Of a stretch of 64,000 nucleotides of DNA, positions 42,722 through 52,945 are shown in pieces (the stretch's first letter is position 1; the number at the start of each line of letters is the position of its first letter). The DNA lies in assembly GCA_016188005.1 (NCBI GenBank), contig JACPIQ010000025.1, forward strand, positions 1 to 64,000, read 5' to 3'. The notes below the pieces were generated by a model. It ran no database searches, had not been told where the DNA came from, and saw only the letters and a list, made by a program, of their open reading frames with translations. A program made the translations under genes and the position numbers. This DNA is from Candidatus Rokuibacteriota bacterium. Lineage in GTDB: Bacteria > Methylomirabilota > Methylomirabilia > Rokubacteriales > CSP1-6.

Positions 42722-44335
42722 TCAGTGGCCCGCGGTACCCGAGCGGTAGGTCGGCGCCGCCACGCCGTCGATCAGGACATTGATGCAGGCCGGGGCGCCG
42801 GACCCGATGGCGCGGGCGAGGGCCGGCTCGAGATCGGCGGGGTCGTCCACGAGTGCGCCGTATCCCCCGAGCGCCGCGGCCACCTGGTCATAGCGCGACG
42901 GGCACAGCTCGCAGCCGACGGCGCGGTCAGCGCCGTAGCGCTGGAGCTGGAGCTGATGCTCGGCGTTCCAGCGGGCGTCGTTGCCGACCACGGCGACCAG
43001 TGGCAGTCCCACGCGCAGGGCCGTGTCGAGCTCGAAGGCGTGGAAGCCGAAGGTGCCGTCGCCCAGCACGGCCAGGACCTGGCACTCGGGATGCGCGAGC
43101 TTCGCCCCGAGCGCCATCGGGATGGCGCTGCCGATGGAGCCCGACGGCCCGTTGATGAGGCGCCTCTCCGCCTCGAGACCGGCCTGGGCCCACTGGCCGA
43201 ACTCCCCTCCATCCACGACGAGCACGGCCCCCCTGTCCAGCAGGGGCTGTAGCGCCGCGCAGACGCGGAGCGGGTGCATGGGGCGGCTCGACGATCGCCG
43301 AAGGGACTCCCACTCCAGGGGGACCCTCTTCCGGGCCGACGCAACCTCATCGCCCCAGGCGCGATGCGTCCAGGTCCACGCGCTCGCCGCGGCGGCCATC
43401 CGGGCCAGCACGCCGGCCGGCTCGCCGGTGATCGCCATGGCCACGCGCCCGTCTGGCTGGGGCTGGGCCTCGGCGTCGATCTGGACGAAGCGGCACCCCG
43501 GCGCGAAGGCGGGAGGCTCGCCGAAGCGCAGGGCGAAGTCGAGCCGCTTGCCCGCGAGCAGCACGACATCGGCCTGGTCGAGGCAGCTGGCCGCCGTGTG
43601 GAGCCACGGGTCATTGATGCCGCGCGGGCTCTCCACCGGCAGCGCGGGGACACCTGTCAGCGTGGCGAGGCGCTCCACCGCGGCCCGGCGCCACCCCCGC
43701 GCCATGGCGGGGCCGGCGAGGAGGAGCGGTCGCTTCGCGCCGGCCACGAGCGCGAGCGCCGTCTCGATGGGGCCATCGAGATCGTCGGGCGCGGGCGCGG
43801 TGGGACGACGCGCCGCGGCCGGAGGGGCGCCGACGCGCGCCTCCAGCAGGTCGCCAGGCAGGCTCACGTGCACCGGCCCCGGGCGGCCGCTTCGCGCGAT
43901 CTCGAGCGCCGTCGCCACCTCCTCGCCGAGCCGCTCGGCGTCCTGAGCGAGCCAGGCCGCCTTGGTCACGGGGCGTGCGGCGCCCACCTGGTCCATCTCC
44001 TGGAAGGCGCCGCGGCCCGCCTGGGAGAGCGGCGCATGCCCGCTGAGCAGGACCACGGGCGACTCGGCCATGCGGGCGCCGTAGAGGGCGGACAGCGCGT
44101 TCAGGTGGCCGGGGCCGGCGGTGACGAGGGCGACACCCGGCTCGTCGGTGAGCCGCCCCCAGGCATCGGCCATGTGGACGGCGGCGGCCTCGTGCCGCGT
44201 GTGGATGATGGACAGCGGCCGCCCGATGGTCGCGTCGTAGACGGACAGGATCTGGTTGCCGGAGAGCGAGAAGACGTGGCGGATGCCCGCCGCCAGCAAG
44301 GCCTCGACGACCAGGTGGGCTCCGGTTCGCGTCAT
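42722..44335 (-). CDS. Thiamine-pyrophosphate-dependent enzyme (acetolactate-synthase/benzoylformate-decarboxylase-like).
   Basis: An N-terminal TPP_enzyme_N domain (GAHLVVEALLAAGIRHVFSLSGNQ...GVALVTAGPG) and a C-terminal TPP-binding GDG motif (VLAVLGDGTFGFHAFELDTA...VVGNDARWN). The start is the ATG at 44335. Confidence 0.75.
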   Translation of the reverse strand: MTRTGAHLVVEALLAAGIRHVFSLSGNQILSVYDATIGRPLSIIHTRHEAAAVHMADAWGRLTDEPGVALVTAGPGHLNALSALYGARMAESPVVLLSGHAPLSQAGRGAFQEMDQVGAARPVTKAAWLAQDAERLGEEVATALEIARSGRPGPVHVSLPGDLLEARVGAPPAAARRPTAPAPDDLDGPIETALALVAGAKRPLLLAGPAMARGWRRAAVERLATLTGVPALPVESPRGINDPWLHTAASCLDQADVVLLAGKRLDFALRFGEPPAFAPGCRFVQIDAEAQPQPDGRVAMAITGEPAGVLARMAAAASAWTWTHRAWGDEVASARKRVPLEWESLRRSSSRPMHPLRVCAALQPLLDRGAVLVVDGGEFGQWAQAGLEAERRLINGPSGSIGSAIPMALGAKLAHPECQVLAVLGDGTFGFHAFELDTALRVGLPLVAVVGNDARWNAEHQLQLQRYGADRAVGCELCPSRYDQVAAALGGYGALVDDPADLEPALARAIGSGAPACINVLIDGVAAPTYRSGTAGH

Positions 44336-44559
44336 GTCAGCGGCGTCTCCCGGCGGCCGCGGATCAGGTCGAGGGCAGGAGCGTGCAGCCGGCCGTTGGT
44401 CGCCAGCCCCGTGCCCGAGTAGATGGTGGGCGTCCCCGTCAGGTCGGTGAAGCGCCCGCCCGCCTCCTCGACGAGGATCTTGAGCGCCGCCAGGTCCCAG
44501 GGCTTCTGCCTGATCGGCGCCCACAGCGTCACGGGGCGGGTGGCGGAGGTGCTGACCAT
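44332..44559 (-). pseudogene. C-terminal fragment of an inositol-monophosphatase-family gene.
   Basis: 75-aa ORF ...KPWDLAALKILVEEAGGRFTDLTGTP...LATNGRLH is the IMPase C-terminal signature (WDxAAG...EAGG). The N-terminal ~190 aa of the family are absent. Confidence 0.5.
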
Positions 44560-44806
44560 GGTCTGCTTCGGCGTCGGAGGCTACCTGCTGCGCAAGCTCG
44601 GCTTCGAGGCCGCCCCGCTCGTCCTGGCCCTGATCCTCGGCCGGCCCCTGGAGGAGGCGCTGCGCCAGGCGCTGGCGCTGTCCCAGGGCAGCTTCCTGCC
44701 CTTCGTCACGCGCCCCATCTCGCTCGTGCTGCTCCTGGCCACCGCCGCCTCGCTCGCCGCGCCGCTCGTCATCCGGCGGCGACCGCCCGCGCCGGCTGCC
44801 GCCTGA
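44558..44806 (+). pseudogene. C-terminal fragment of a TctA-family (DUF112) tripartite tricarboxylate transporter membrane protein.
   Basis: MVCFGVGGYLLRKLGFEAAPLVLALILGRPLEEALRQALALSQGSFLPFVTRPISLVLLL matches the extreme C-terminus of TctA proteins. There is no upstream remainder. Confidence 0.5.
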
Positions 44807-46082
44807 GCACGGGCACGACCGACCCGCCGTGGGGCATGACGTAGGTCGTGGGCGTCCGGCCCAGCTGCGCGTGGGCGGCCCGGAGCCCCTCGCCCGCTGA
44901 CCCCACCGGCTCCAGGCCCAGCTGCCGGCAGTGGCGCTGCTCGAGCGCGGTGACGATCAGCACGCGGCACCGGCTGGCGTGCTTCTGGATCACGTAGGTG
45001 ACCAGGGCGCCGATCGTGAACTTGCGCCGCATGAGCTCCTCGGTCTGCTGCTTGTCGCCGCCCTCCTCGAGGGCCGTGGCGAACTCCTCGGCGCCGAGGC
45101 CATCGCGGCAGCAGGTCAGCCAGAGCATCACGCCGCCCGGGGCGACGGCCCGCGCGGCGTTGTCTATCGTCTTGCTGGACTGCCACATGTTGATGTCCTT
45201 GGGGTAGCCGCCGTTCGAGACGATGACGAGGTCGGCCAGGTGGGGAATCCCGCAGCACACCGTCTCTCGCACGATGTCGCAGGCTGCGCGGTGGGAGGCC
45301 TCCCAGTGGCCGCCGATGATCCGCGCGATCTGCATGTCCTCGTTGACGATCACGTTCAGTCCGAAGCAGGGCTTGAGCATGCCCGCGGCCTCGGCCATGT
45401 CCTCGGACACGGCGTTCCCGTCGGCGAGGAGCGAATCCACGGTCGGCAGGACGCCCTCGCCCCGGGTGAGGCTGAGCGACAGCTTGTGGTTCGTCTGGAT
45501 CGTCTCGTAGGCGGCGACGCCCGGCACGATCGCCTTGCGCCCGCCCCCGTAGCCGGCCAGGAAGTGCTGCGTCACGGCGCCGGAGAGAATGAGCTGCTCG
45601 GCCCCGGCCACCACACGGTTCACCCTGACCGGCGTGCCGCGGCTGGTCGTCCCCACGTGCACCATCGCCGCCTGATCCCGGCTGTCGTGCTCCACGAACC
45701 GCACGCGCGGCAGCACGGCGGGGCCGACGAGGGCGCGGCGCTCCTCCGGCGTCTGCGGGCGGTGCGTGCCCGTGGCGGAGATGACGGTGATCGCGGCATC
45801 AGGCACCCCGAAGCGGTTCAGCTCGTCGAGCAGCGGCGGCAGGTAGAGGTCGGGGCGGGACCAGCTCCGTGTCGTGTCCCCGATCACGACCGTGACCGGC
45901 CGGCCCGGCCGGATCACGCCGGCCAGGGGCGGAGAACCGATCGGGCGCTGAAGGGCCTCGCGCACGACCGTGGCCACGTCCCTCGCCGCGGACAGGTGCC
46001 GGGCGGAGAGGGTGCCAAGGAAGCCCTCGTCCGGGAGATCGACAGTCTGGACCGTCTCGTCATAGGCTAGATCGATTCGCAT
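44769..46082 (-). CDS. larA: LarA-like nickel-dependent lactate racemase family protein (DUF2088).
   Basis: From the ATG at 46082: MRIDLAYDETVQTVDLPDEG..., with the LarA blocks ISATGTHRP and FLAGYGGGRKAIVPGVAAYETIQTNH. It is 437 aa. Confidence 0.7.
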   Translation of the reverse strand: MRIDLAYDETVQTVDLPDEGFLGTLSARHLSAARDVATVVREALQRPIGSPPLAGVIRPGRPVTVVIGDTTRSWSRPDLYLPPLLDELNRFGVPDAAITVISATGTHRPQTPEERRALVGPAVLPRVRFVEHDSRDQAAMVHVGTTSRGTPVRVNRVVAGAEQLILSGAVTQHFLAGYGGGRKAIVPGVAAYETIQTNHKLSLSLTRGEGVLPTVDSLLADGNAVSEDMAEAAGMLKPCFGLNVIVNEDMQIARIIGGHWEASHRAACDIVRETVCCGIPHLADLVIVSNGGYPKDINMWQSSKTIDNAARAVAPGGVMLWLTCCRDGLGAEEFATALEEGGDKQQTEELMRRKFTIGALVTYVIQKHASRCRVLIVTALEQRHCRQLGLEPVGSAGEGLRAAHAQLGRTPTTYVMPHGGSVVPVLRRQPARAVAAG

Positions 46083-46243
46083 GGGTTGGCCCCCCTCGTT
46101 GCGGACGATTATAGTCCGGCCGCCCCCGCGGCGTGGCCGGACATCCGGCAGGCCCGGTGTCCGCCCTTGCCGGGGCGGCGCCTGCTTGCTAGGCTGTCCC
46201 CGGCGCGCGCGCCGACCGGAGCTCACGACAGGCGGGAGGAGCC

Positions 46244-47200
46244 ATGGCAAAGCTCACGAGGGAAGACGTCCTGAAGAAGGCCGAAGCGCTCAAGAACTGG
46301 GGCAAGTGGGGGCCGGACGACCAGCTCGGCGTGCTCAACTACATCACGCCCGAGGACATCGTCAAGGCGGCCAGGCTGGTGAAGAAGGGCAAGGTGTTCC
46401 GGCTCGGCCTCAATCTCGACGAGAACGGGCCCCAGCGCGGCATGTTCGGCGGCCGCTGGAACCCCATCCACCAGATGCTCGCCACGGGCACCGACGCCGT
46501 CGCCGGCAAGCACGACGTCACGCCGGGCCTCCGCTACGCGGATGACGCCATCAACCTGCCCACCCAGGCCGCCACGCAGTGGGATGCGCTCTCGCATGTC
46601 TTCCTCGGCGAGCAGATGTGGAACGGCTACCCGGCCACGCTCGTGGACTGCCGCGGCGCGCACCGGAACGGCATCGAGCAGTTCGCCAGCAAGATGGTGG
46701 GCCGGGGCGTTCTGCTCGATGTGGCGCGCCACAAGGGGGTCGAGTTCCTCCGGGACGGATACCCCATCACCATCCGCGACCTCGACGAGACGGCGAAGGC
46801 GGAGCGGGTGGAGGTGGGGCGGGCCGACTTCGTGATCATCCGCACCGGGCAGATGGAAGACCGGCTGAAGCGGGACGACTGGGGCGGCTACGCGGGGGGC
46901 GACGCGCCGGGGCTGGCCTTCGAGACCCTGGACTGGATCCACGCCAAGCAGGTCGCGGCCATGTGCAGCGACACCTGGGGGATCGAGGTGCGGCCGAACG
47001 ACTCGGGACCGGATGTCTTCCAGCCCTGGCACTGGGTCACGATCCCGGCCATCGGGATCGTCCACGGCGAGATCTTCTACCTCAAGGAGCTCGCCGAGGA
47101 CTGCGCGGCCGACCGCGTGTACGAGTTCTTCTTCTGCGCGCCGCCGCTGGTGATCACCGGCGGCACTGGCTCCCCCATCAACCCGCAGGCGATCAAGTAG
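46244..47200 (+). CDS. Cyclase-family protein (kynurenine-formamidase-like, PF04199).
   Basis: 318 aa with typical metal-binding His/Asp blocks (...HVFLGEQMWNGYP...GVLLDVARHKG...FVIIRTGQMEDR...). Confidence 0.65.
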   Translation: MAKLTREDVLKKAEALKNWGKWGPDDQLGVLNYITPEDIVKAARLVKKGKVFRLGLNLDENGPQRGMFGGRWNPIHQMLATGTDAVAGKHDVTPGLRYADDAINLPTQAATQWDALSHVFLGEQMWNGYPATLVDCRGAHRNGIEQFASKMVGRGVLLDVARHKGVEFLRDGYPITIRDLDETAKAERVEVGRADFVIIRTGQMEDRLKRDDWGGYAGGDAPGLAFETLDWIHAKQVAAMCSDTWGIEVRPNDSGPDVFQPWHWVTIPAIGIVHGEIFYLKELAEDCAADRVYEFFFCAPPLVITGGTGSPINPQAIK

Positions 47201-47220
47201 CCGGCCGGCGGGAGGGAGCC

Positions 47221-48036
47221 ATGAGCGACCGCGGGACGAGCGGCGGAGAGAACCTGGGCGGACGGGTGGTCCTCATCACGGGGGCGGCCGGCGGCATCGG
47301 CGCGGCCTGCGCGCGCCGGCTCCACGCCCAGGGGGCGCGTCTGGTGCTGGCCGACGTGGACGGCCCCGCGGTGGAGCGGCTCGCCGCCGCGCTCGGCCAG
47401 GCGGCGGTCCAGGTCGATGTGACGCGAGGGGCCGACATCGCGCGCATGGTGGAGGAGCCCTATCGCCGCTTCGGCCGCCTCGACGTCCTCTTCAACAACG
47501 CGGGCGTGATCAGGGCCCAGCCCCTGCTCGAGGTCAGCGAGGCCGAGTGGGACCGCGTCGTGGCGGTCAACCTGAAAGCGGCGTTCTTCGTGCTCCAGGC
47601 ATCCGCGCGGCGCATGGTCGCGCAGGACCCGATCCCGGGCTCCGAGCTCCGCGGCAAGCTCATCCAGACAGCCTCCATCGCCGCGTACCGCGGCGGCAAC
47701 CCGCTGCTCGCCCCCTACGCGGCGACCAAGGCGGGCCTCATCAGCCTCACCCGCTCGGGAGCCCAGGCCCTGGCCCGCCACCGGATCACCTCCAACTGCG
47801 TCTGCCCGGGCGCGGTGGACACCCCCATGTGGGAGCAGATCGACCGCGAGTGGGGCGCGCTCGAGGGGTGGCCCGTCGGCGAGGCGTGGAAGCGGCGCAC
47901 GGCGGATATCCCGCTGGGCCGGCCGGAGCGCGCCGAGGACGTGGCCGGCGTGGTGGCCTTCCTCGCCGGCCCCGACTCCGACTACATGACCGGGCAGGCC
48001 ATCAAGGTGGACGGGGGCCTGGTCATGGGCGACTGA
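47221..48036 (+). CDS. SDR-family oxidoreductase.
   Basis: The ATG at 47221 follows GGGAGGGAG. It has the motifs ITGAAGGIGAA, NNAG, YAATKAG (YxxxK) and PG. Confidence 0.85.
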   Translation: MSDRGTSGGENLGGRVVLITGAAGGIGAACARRLHAQGARLVLADVDGPAVERLAAALGQAAVQVDVTRGADIARMVEEPYRRFGRLDVLFNNAGVIRAQPLLEVSEAEWDRVVAVNLKAAFFVLQASARRMVAQDPIPGSELRGKLIQTASIAAYRGGNPLLAPYAATKAGLISLTRSGAQALARHRITSNCVCPGAVDTPMWEQIDREWGALEGWPVGEAWKRRTADIPLGRPERAEDVAGVVAFLAGPDSDYMTGQAIKVDGGLVMGD

Positions 48037-48073
48037 GGCGCGCCCCGCCCGGCGCCCCGATGAGGAGCACGAC

Positions 48074-49456
48074 ATGCTCGATCTGGTGATTCGCGGCGGA
48101 CAGGTCGTCACCCCGCAGGGCGTGGGGGCCTGGGACATCGGCGTCCAGGGCGAGCGGATCGCCATGGTGGGGCTGCTCGGCGAGCTCCGGGACGTCGGGC
48201 GCGTGGTCGACGCCACGGGGAAGATCGTCGTCCCGGGCGGCGTGGAGCCCCACACGCATCTCGCCCACTGGATCTCCATGCAGCCGGAGGAGCCGCTCTT
48301 CACGCTGGGCCCCGAGGAGGACACCCGCGGGATGGCCTTCGGCGGCACCACGACGCACGTGGACTTCTGCTTCGTGCGACCCGGCAAGGACCTGGCCGAG
48401 GTGATCGAGCCCCGCGTGGCGCTGCTGGGCGTCCAGCCGCTGCGGATCTTCGACCAGATCCCCGAGGCGATACAGCAGGGGTTCCCGTCCATCAAGGTCT
48501 TCACCGCCGACATCCTGCCCCCGCATGCGAAGCGGCCCCCCTCGCGGCTCGACTTCGGCCGGATCCAGGCCGCCATGGAGCAGGTGGCCCGCCACGGCGG
48601 GATCATGGCCGTGCACGGCGAGGACCACGACATCGTCCAGTTCAACTACGAGCGGTTCCGGGCAGACGGCCGGCTCGAGGGCGCCAACCTGCACCTCATC
48701 CACAACACGCTCTCGGAGGCGCTGTCCTTCCGCCGGACGATCGCGCTCGCCCGGGCGACGGGCGCCGCCGTCTACTTCGTCCACACCTCCGCGCAGGCCG
48801 GCGTCGAGGCCGTCGCCGAGGCGCGCGCGGCGGGGCAGCCCGTGTACGCGGAGACGCTCCACCATTACACGTGCTTCACCGCCGACGACTACCGGACCCC
48901 GCGCGGCTTCTGCTACCACACCTACCCCTCCCTCAAGGGTCCGGAGGATCAGCGCGCGCTCTGGGATGGCCTGCTGGGCAGCGGGGTGTCCACGGTCGGC
49001 ACCGACGAGTTCCCCACCTCGCTCGAGCTCAAGCTCAGGGGCAAGAGCGTGGAGGATGTCACGGGCGGCAACCTCGGCGCCGAGGCCCGGATGGGCATCG
49101 TGTTCACCGAGGGCGTGGTCGGGCACGGCATGTCGCTCCAGCGCTTCGCCGAGGTCACGGCGACGAACGCGGCCCGCCTGCTCGGGCTCTACCCCCGAAA
49201 AGGGGTGATCGCGCCCGGGAGCGACGCCGATCTCGTCCTCATCGACCCCGCCATCAGGAAGCGGCTCACCCGCGAGGACTTCCACGTGAGCGACTACAGC
49301 CCCTGGGAGGGGTGGGAGGCGCGCGGCTGGCCCGTGACGACCATCTTGCGTGGCAAGGTCATCGTGGAGGGCGGCCGGCTGCTGGGCGGCACGGACGACG
49401 GCCGCCTCGTCCCCCGGAAGATCGACCCCGCCGTGCTCGCGCGCCCGGCCTGCTGA
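48074..49456 (+). CDS. Cyclic amidohydrolase (dihydropyrimidinase/D-hydantoinase family).
   Basis: 460 aa. It has the metal ligands GGVEPHTHL (HxH), the carbamylated-Lys context PSIKVF and the MAVHGED...HLIH blocks. Confidence 0.8.
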   Translation: MLDLVIRGGQVVTPQGVGAWDIGVQGERIAMVGLLGELRDVGRVVDATGKIVVPGGVEPHTHLAHWISMQPEEPLFTLGPEEDTRGMAFGGTTTHVDFCFVRPGKDLAEVIEPRVALLGVQPLRIFDQIPEAIQQGFPSIKVFTADILPPHAKRPPSRLDFGRIQAAMEQVARHGGIMAVHGEDHDIVQFNYERFRADGRLEGANLHLIHNTLSEALSFRRTIALARATGAAVYFVHTSAQAGVEAVAEARAAGQPVYAETLHHYTCFTADDYRTPRGFCYHTYPSLKGPEDQRALWDGLLGSGVSTVGTDEFPTSLELKLRGKSVEDVTGGNLGAEARMGIVFTEGVVGHGMSLQRFAEVTATNAARLLGLYPRKGVIAPGSDADLVLIDPAIRKRLTREDFHVSDYSPWEGWEARGWPVTTILRGKVIVEGGRLLGGTDDGRLVPRKIDPAVLARPAC

Positions 49457-49523
49457 CCCCGCGGCTGTGCCCTGAAGGGAGCGGCCCGACGCCGGGGAGC
49501 GGCTCCTCCTCGGACGTTCGCGC

Positions 49524-50180
49524 TCACGCTGACGCGGCGATGCCGACCGGGCACCCGACGCCGGTGCCGCCGAGCCCGCAGTACCCGGACGGATCTTTCG
49601 CGAGGTACTGCTGGTGGTACTCCTCCGCGTAGTAGAACTCCGGCGCCTCGACGATCTCGGTGGTGATGGGCCCGTACCCTGCCTGGCGGAGCGCCCGCTG
49701 GTAGGCGTCGCGTGAGGCCTCGGCGAGTCGGCGCTGCTCGGGCGTGTGGATGTAGATTCCCGAGCGGTACTGCGTGCCGACGTCGTTGCCCTGGCGCATG
49801 CCCTGCGTGGGATCGTGGCTCTCCCAGAAGCGGCGGAGCAGCGCCTCGTAGCTGGCCGCCTGCGGATCGAACACCACCCGCACCACCTCATTGTGGCCGG
49901 TGAGGCCCGAGCACACCTCCTCGTACGTCGGGTTGGGCGTCACGCCTCCCGCGTAGCCGACGGCGGTCGTCCACACCCCGGGGATCTGCCAGAAGACGCG
50001 TTCGGCGCCCCAGAAGCACCCGAGTCCGAACAGGGCCGACTCGAGGCCCTCGGGGAACGGCGGCCGGAGCCTCCGGCCATGGACGAAGTGCCGGTCGGAC
50101 AGGGGCATCGGCTCCGCGCGCCCGGCCAGCGCCTGCTCTCGCGTCGGCATCACGATCGTCTTCTTCCACGCTCCCAGCAT
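49524..50180 (-). CDS. msrA: Peptide methionine sulfoxide reductase MsrA.
   Basis: [43 protein letters not shown]...[13 protein letters not shown]...[18 protein letters not shown] is collinear with E. coli MsrA, including the catalytic GCFWG. It is the C-terminal 218 aa of track ORF 49524..51890 -. The start is +/-1 nt. Confidence 0.85.
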   Translation of the reverse strand: MLGAWKKTIVMPTREQALAGRAEPMPLSDRHFVHGRRLRPPFPEGLESALFGLGCFWGAERVFWQIPGVWTTAVGYAGGVTPNPTYEEVCSGLTGHNEVVRVVFDPQAASYEALLRRFWESHDPTQGMRQGNDVGTQYRSGIYIHTPEQRRLAEASRDAYQRALRQAGYGPITTEIVEAPEFYYAEEYHQQYLAKDPSGYCGLGGTGVGCPVGIAASA

Positions 50181-50279
50181 GGTGCCCCCCTCCTCCCCGG
50201 GTAGACACAGCGTACCCCCCAGGGCAAGCGCGGCCGACTGGAGGCGTCTTCGGGTACCATGGATGGCGGAGGTGACGTC

Positions 50280-52199
50280 ATGAGGATCTGGCTGGCCGCC
50301 CTCCTGCTCGCGGGCTGCGCCATGGCGCCGGCGGGTCCGACGCCCGCACCCTCCCGCCCGCCCGAGCTGATCGCGCTTCGCCACTTCTTCGCGAGCCGCG
50401 AGGTCAACTGGGGCTATCGCGTGTCCCCTGACGGGACGCGTCTCGGCTGGCTCGCCTCCCACGGGGGCCGCAGCACCGTGCACTTCCGCACGATCGGGGC
50501 GGACGACGCTCGCCCGATCGACACGCACTCGCGGCGCACCGTCTTCTCCTTCACGTGGGCGGCCGACAGCCGCCGCATCCTGTACCTGCACGACCAGGGC
50601 GGGGACGAGAACACCCACGTCTACCTGGCGTCCATCGATCGCCCGGATGACCCGCCCGTCGATCTCACGCCAGCGCCGGGCAGCCGGGCCTGGGTTCACC
50701 GCGTGAGCCGGAGGGATCCGGCCCACGTCGTCATCGCCTGGAACAGGCGGGACCGGGCGGTCTTCGACCTGTACCGGGTGCACCTCGACACGCGCCAGCC
50801 GGCGCTGATCGCCGAGAACCCCGGCGACGTCCTCGACTGGCTCACCGACGCGGACAGCCGCCCTCGCGCGCGGGTCCGCCGGATCGGCGCCGAGGCGCGC
50901 GCGCTCGAGGTCCTGCGCGAGGGCGGCTGGGTCGAGCTCCAGCGCCTGGACCTCGAGGAGTTCAACCTCCGGATGCTCGACGTCACGCCGGACGACCGCG
51001 GGCTCTGGCTCCTGTCCAGCCGTGGGCGCGACCGCCTCTCGCTCGTCCGCGTCGATCTCACGACCGGGGCGGAGTCGCTCGTCCACGAAGACCCCCGGCT
51101 CGACCTCGAGTGGGCGATCATGAGCGCGCGGACGCGGACCCCCCTCGCCGTCGTGACGTACCCGGGCCGCCAGGCGATCCACTTCTTCGACCCGTCGTTG
51201 CAGGCGGATCTCGAGCCCCTCCGGCGCGGGATCCCGACGGGCTTCCACATGCTCAGCTTCGATGATGCCGAGCGCTTCGTGACCGTCGAGGTCTTCACCG
51301 AGAAAGGCTTCGAGAACTATCTCGTGGACCGGCAGACGAAGGCGCGCACCCTTCTCGGCCGCTCGCAGATGGTCCAGTTCGCGGAGGCCCTCGCCACGAC
51401 CGAGCCGATCGGGCTCCCCACCCGCGACGGCCTGTCCCTGCACGGCTACCTCACGCGCCCCCCCGGCTTCGCGGGCCCGGGCCCGGTGGTGCTGCTCGTC
51501 CACGGCGGCCACTGGGCCCGCGATTACTGGGGCTACAGCAGCCTCGTCCAGTTCCTCGCCAACCGCGGCTACGCGGTGCTCCAGGTGAACTACCGGGGCT
51601 CGACCGGGTACGGCCGGGCGTTCCGCGAGCTCGCGGTCGGCGAGTACGCCGGCAAGATGCACGATGACCTGATCGACGCGGTGCGGTGGGCGGTCGGCAC
51701 GGGCGTCGCCGACCCCGCGCGGGTGGCGATTTACGGCGGCAGCTACGGCGGCTACGCGAGCCTCGTGGGCATGACCTTCACGCCGCAGCAGTTCGCCTGC
51801 GGCGTCGCGATCGTGGGCATCTCGAATCTGGTGACCTTCTACGAGACGGTGCCGCCGTACTGGCAACTCGGGGTCATGCCGCTCTTTCACAAGTACGTGG
51901 GCGATCCCGGCCGTCCCGAGGACCGGCGACGCCTGGAGGCGAAGTCACCGCTCTTCAGGGCGCACCAGGCCGAGCGGCCCCTGCTCATCATCCACGGCGC
52001 CCGGGACGTCCGCGTCAACGTCCGCGAGTCCGAGCAGATGGTCGCCGCGCTCCAGCAGGCCGGCAAGGAGGTGCGCTTCGTCGTCTTCCCCGACGAAGGC
52101 CACAGCCGCAGCTACGGCAACTGGCGGAACGCGATCCGGCACTACACGGAGGTCGAGGACTTCCTCGCCCGCTGCCTCGGCGGGCGGAGAACGCCGTGA
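50280..52199 (+). CDS. S9-family serine peptidase (prolyl-oligopeptidase/acylaminoacyl-peptidase-like) lipoprotein.
   Basis: [14 protein letters not shown] lipobox, an N-terminal beta-propeller-like region and a C-terminal alpha/beta hydrolase domain with a GGSYGG nucleophile motif and a catalytic D...H (FPDEGHS). Confidence 0.8.
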   Translation: MRIWLAALLLAGCAMAPAGPTPAPSRPPELIALRHFFASREVNWGYRVSPDGTRLGWLASHGGRSTVHFRTIGADDARPIDTHSRRTVFSFTWAADSRRILYLHDQGGDENTHVYLASIDRPDDPPVDLTPAPGSRAWVHRVSRRDPAHVVIAWNRRDRAVFDLYRVHLDTRQPALIAENPGDVLDWLTDADSRPRARVRRIGAEARALEVLREGGWVELQRLDLEEFNLRMLDVTPDDRGLWLLSSRGRDRLSLVRVDLTTGAESLVHEDPRLDLEWAIMSARTRTPLAVVTYPGRQAIHFFDPSLQADLEPLRRGIPTGFHMLSFDDAERFVTVEVFTEKGFENYLVDRQTKARTLLGRSQMVQFAEALATTEPIGLPTRDGLSLHGYLTRPPGFAGPGPVVLLVHGGHWARDYWGYSSLVQFLANRGYAVLQVNYRGSTGYGRAFRELAVGEYAGKMHDDLIDAVRWAVGTGVADPARVAIYGGSYGGYASLVGMTFTPQQFACGVAIVGISNLVTFYETVPPYWQLGVMPLFHKYVGDPGRPEDRRRLEAKSPLFRAHQAERPLLIIHGARDVRVNVRESEQMVAALQQAGKEVRFVVFPDEGHSRSYGNWRNAIRHYTEVEDFLARCLGGRRTP

Positions 52200-52273
52200 G
52201 GGTCGCACTCGGACACTCTCGCCTTCCCTGGGCTCTTGCCGCGCAGCCGGAACGGCGGCATGCTACCGGGGGC

Positions 52274-52765
52274 ATGGCCGACCCCGGGGCGAGAACGCCG
52301 GTCACGGACAGGCTCGAGCGGTGGCTGCGCGAGTCCGGGGTGGACTTCGCCATCTTCGAGCACGCGCCGGTGCACACCAGCGAGGAGGCCTCCCGCGCCC
52401 GGGGCACGCCGCTCGAGGAGGGCGCCAAGGCGCTCGTGGTGCGCGCGGACGATCGCTACGTGCAGGTCGTCCTGCCCGCGCACCTCAAGGCCGACAATGC
52501 GCAGCTCCGCATCATCCTCGGCACCCGAAAGCTCCGCTTCGCGACGCCGGAGGAGCTCTCCGCCCTGACCGGCTGCGCCCCCGGCGCGGTGCCGCCCTTC
52601 GGCAACCTGTTCGGCCTGCCCGTGCTCGTCGACGAGGCGCTCTGCCGGAACGAGCGGGTGGCGTTCAACGCGGGAAGCAACTCCGTCTCGATCACCATGC
52701 GCCGTGAGGACCTCGTGCGGATCTCCGGCGCCACCGTGTGCCGGTTCGCGCGACCCAGCACCTAG
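52274..52765 (+). CDS. YbaK/ProX-type aminoacyl-tRNA deacylase domain protein.
   Basis: ...GAKALVVRADDRYVQVVLPA...LTGCAPGAVPPFGNLFGLPVLVDE is the YbaK/ProRS-associated editing domain signature. It is 163 aa from the ATG at 52274. Confidence 0.7.
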   Translation: MADPGARTPVTDRLERWLRESGVDFAIFEHAPVHTSEEASRARGTPLEEGAKALVVRADDRYVQVVLPAHLKADNAQLRIILGTRKLRFATPEELSALTGCAPGAVPPFGNLFGLPVLVDEALCRNERVAFNAGSNSVSITMRREDLVRISGATVCRFARPST

Positions 52766-52945
52766 GCAGGCTGCTGAAAGAGGCCCATCTGCGGAGGTAC
52801 GGCGCCCTCGGCCGCACGCTCAACGTACAGCGAGTACGCCTCGCGTGCGACCGTCGGGCGCCGCCTCGCATCTGAACCTCTTTGAGCCGCCTGCAGGGTT
52901 TTCCCGCAATAGCGAAGCGGCCATGACCGGGAAGGAGACGGGGCC

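Noticed and set aside
48470-48500. A hydantoinase apparently lacking the carbamylated lysine (FTADI instead of FMAYK).
   Set aside because: On re-reading, the lysine is present in the PSIKVF context (aligned to SFKxF), so there is no anomaly.
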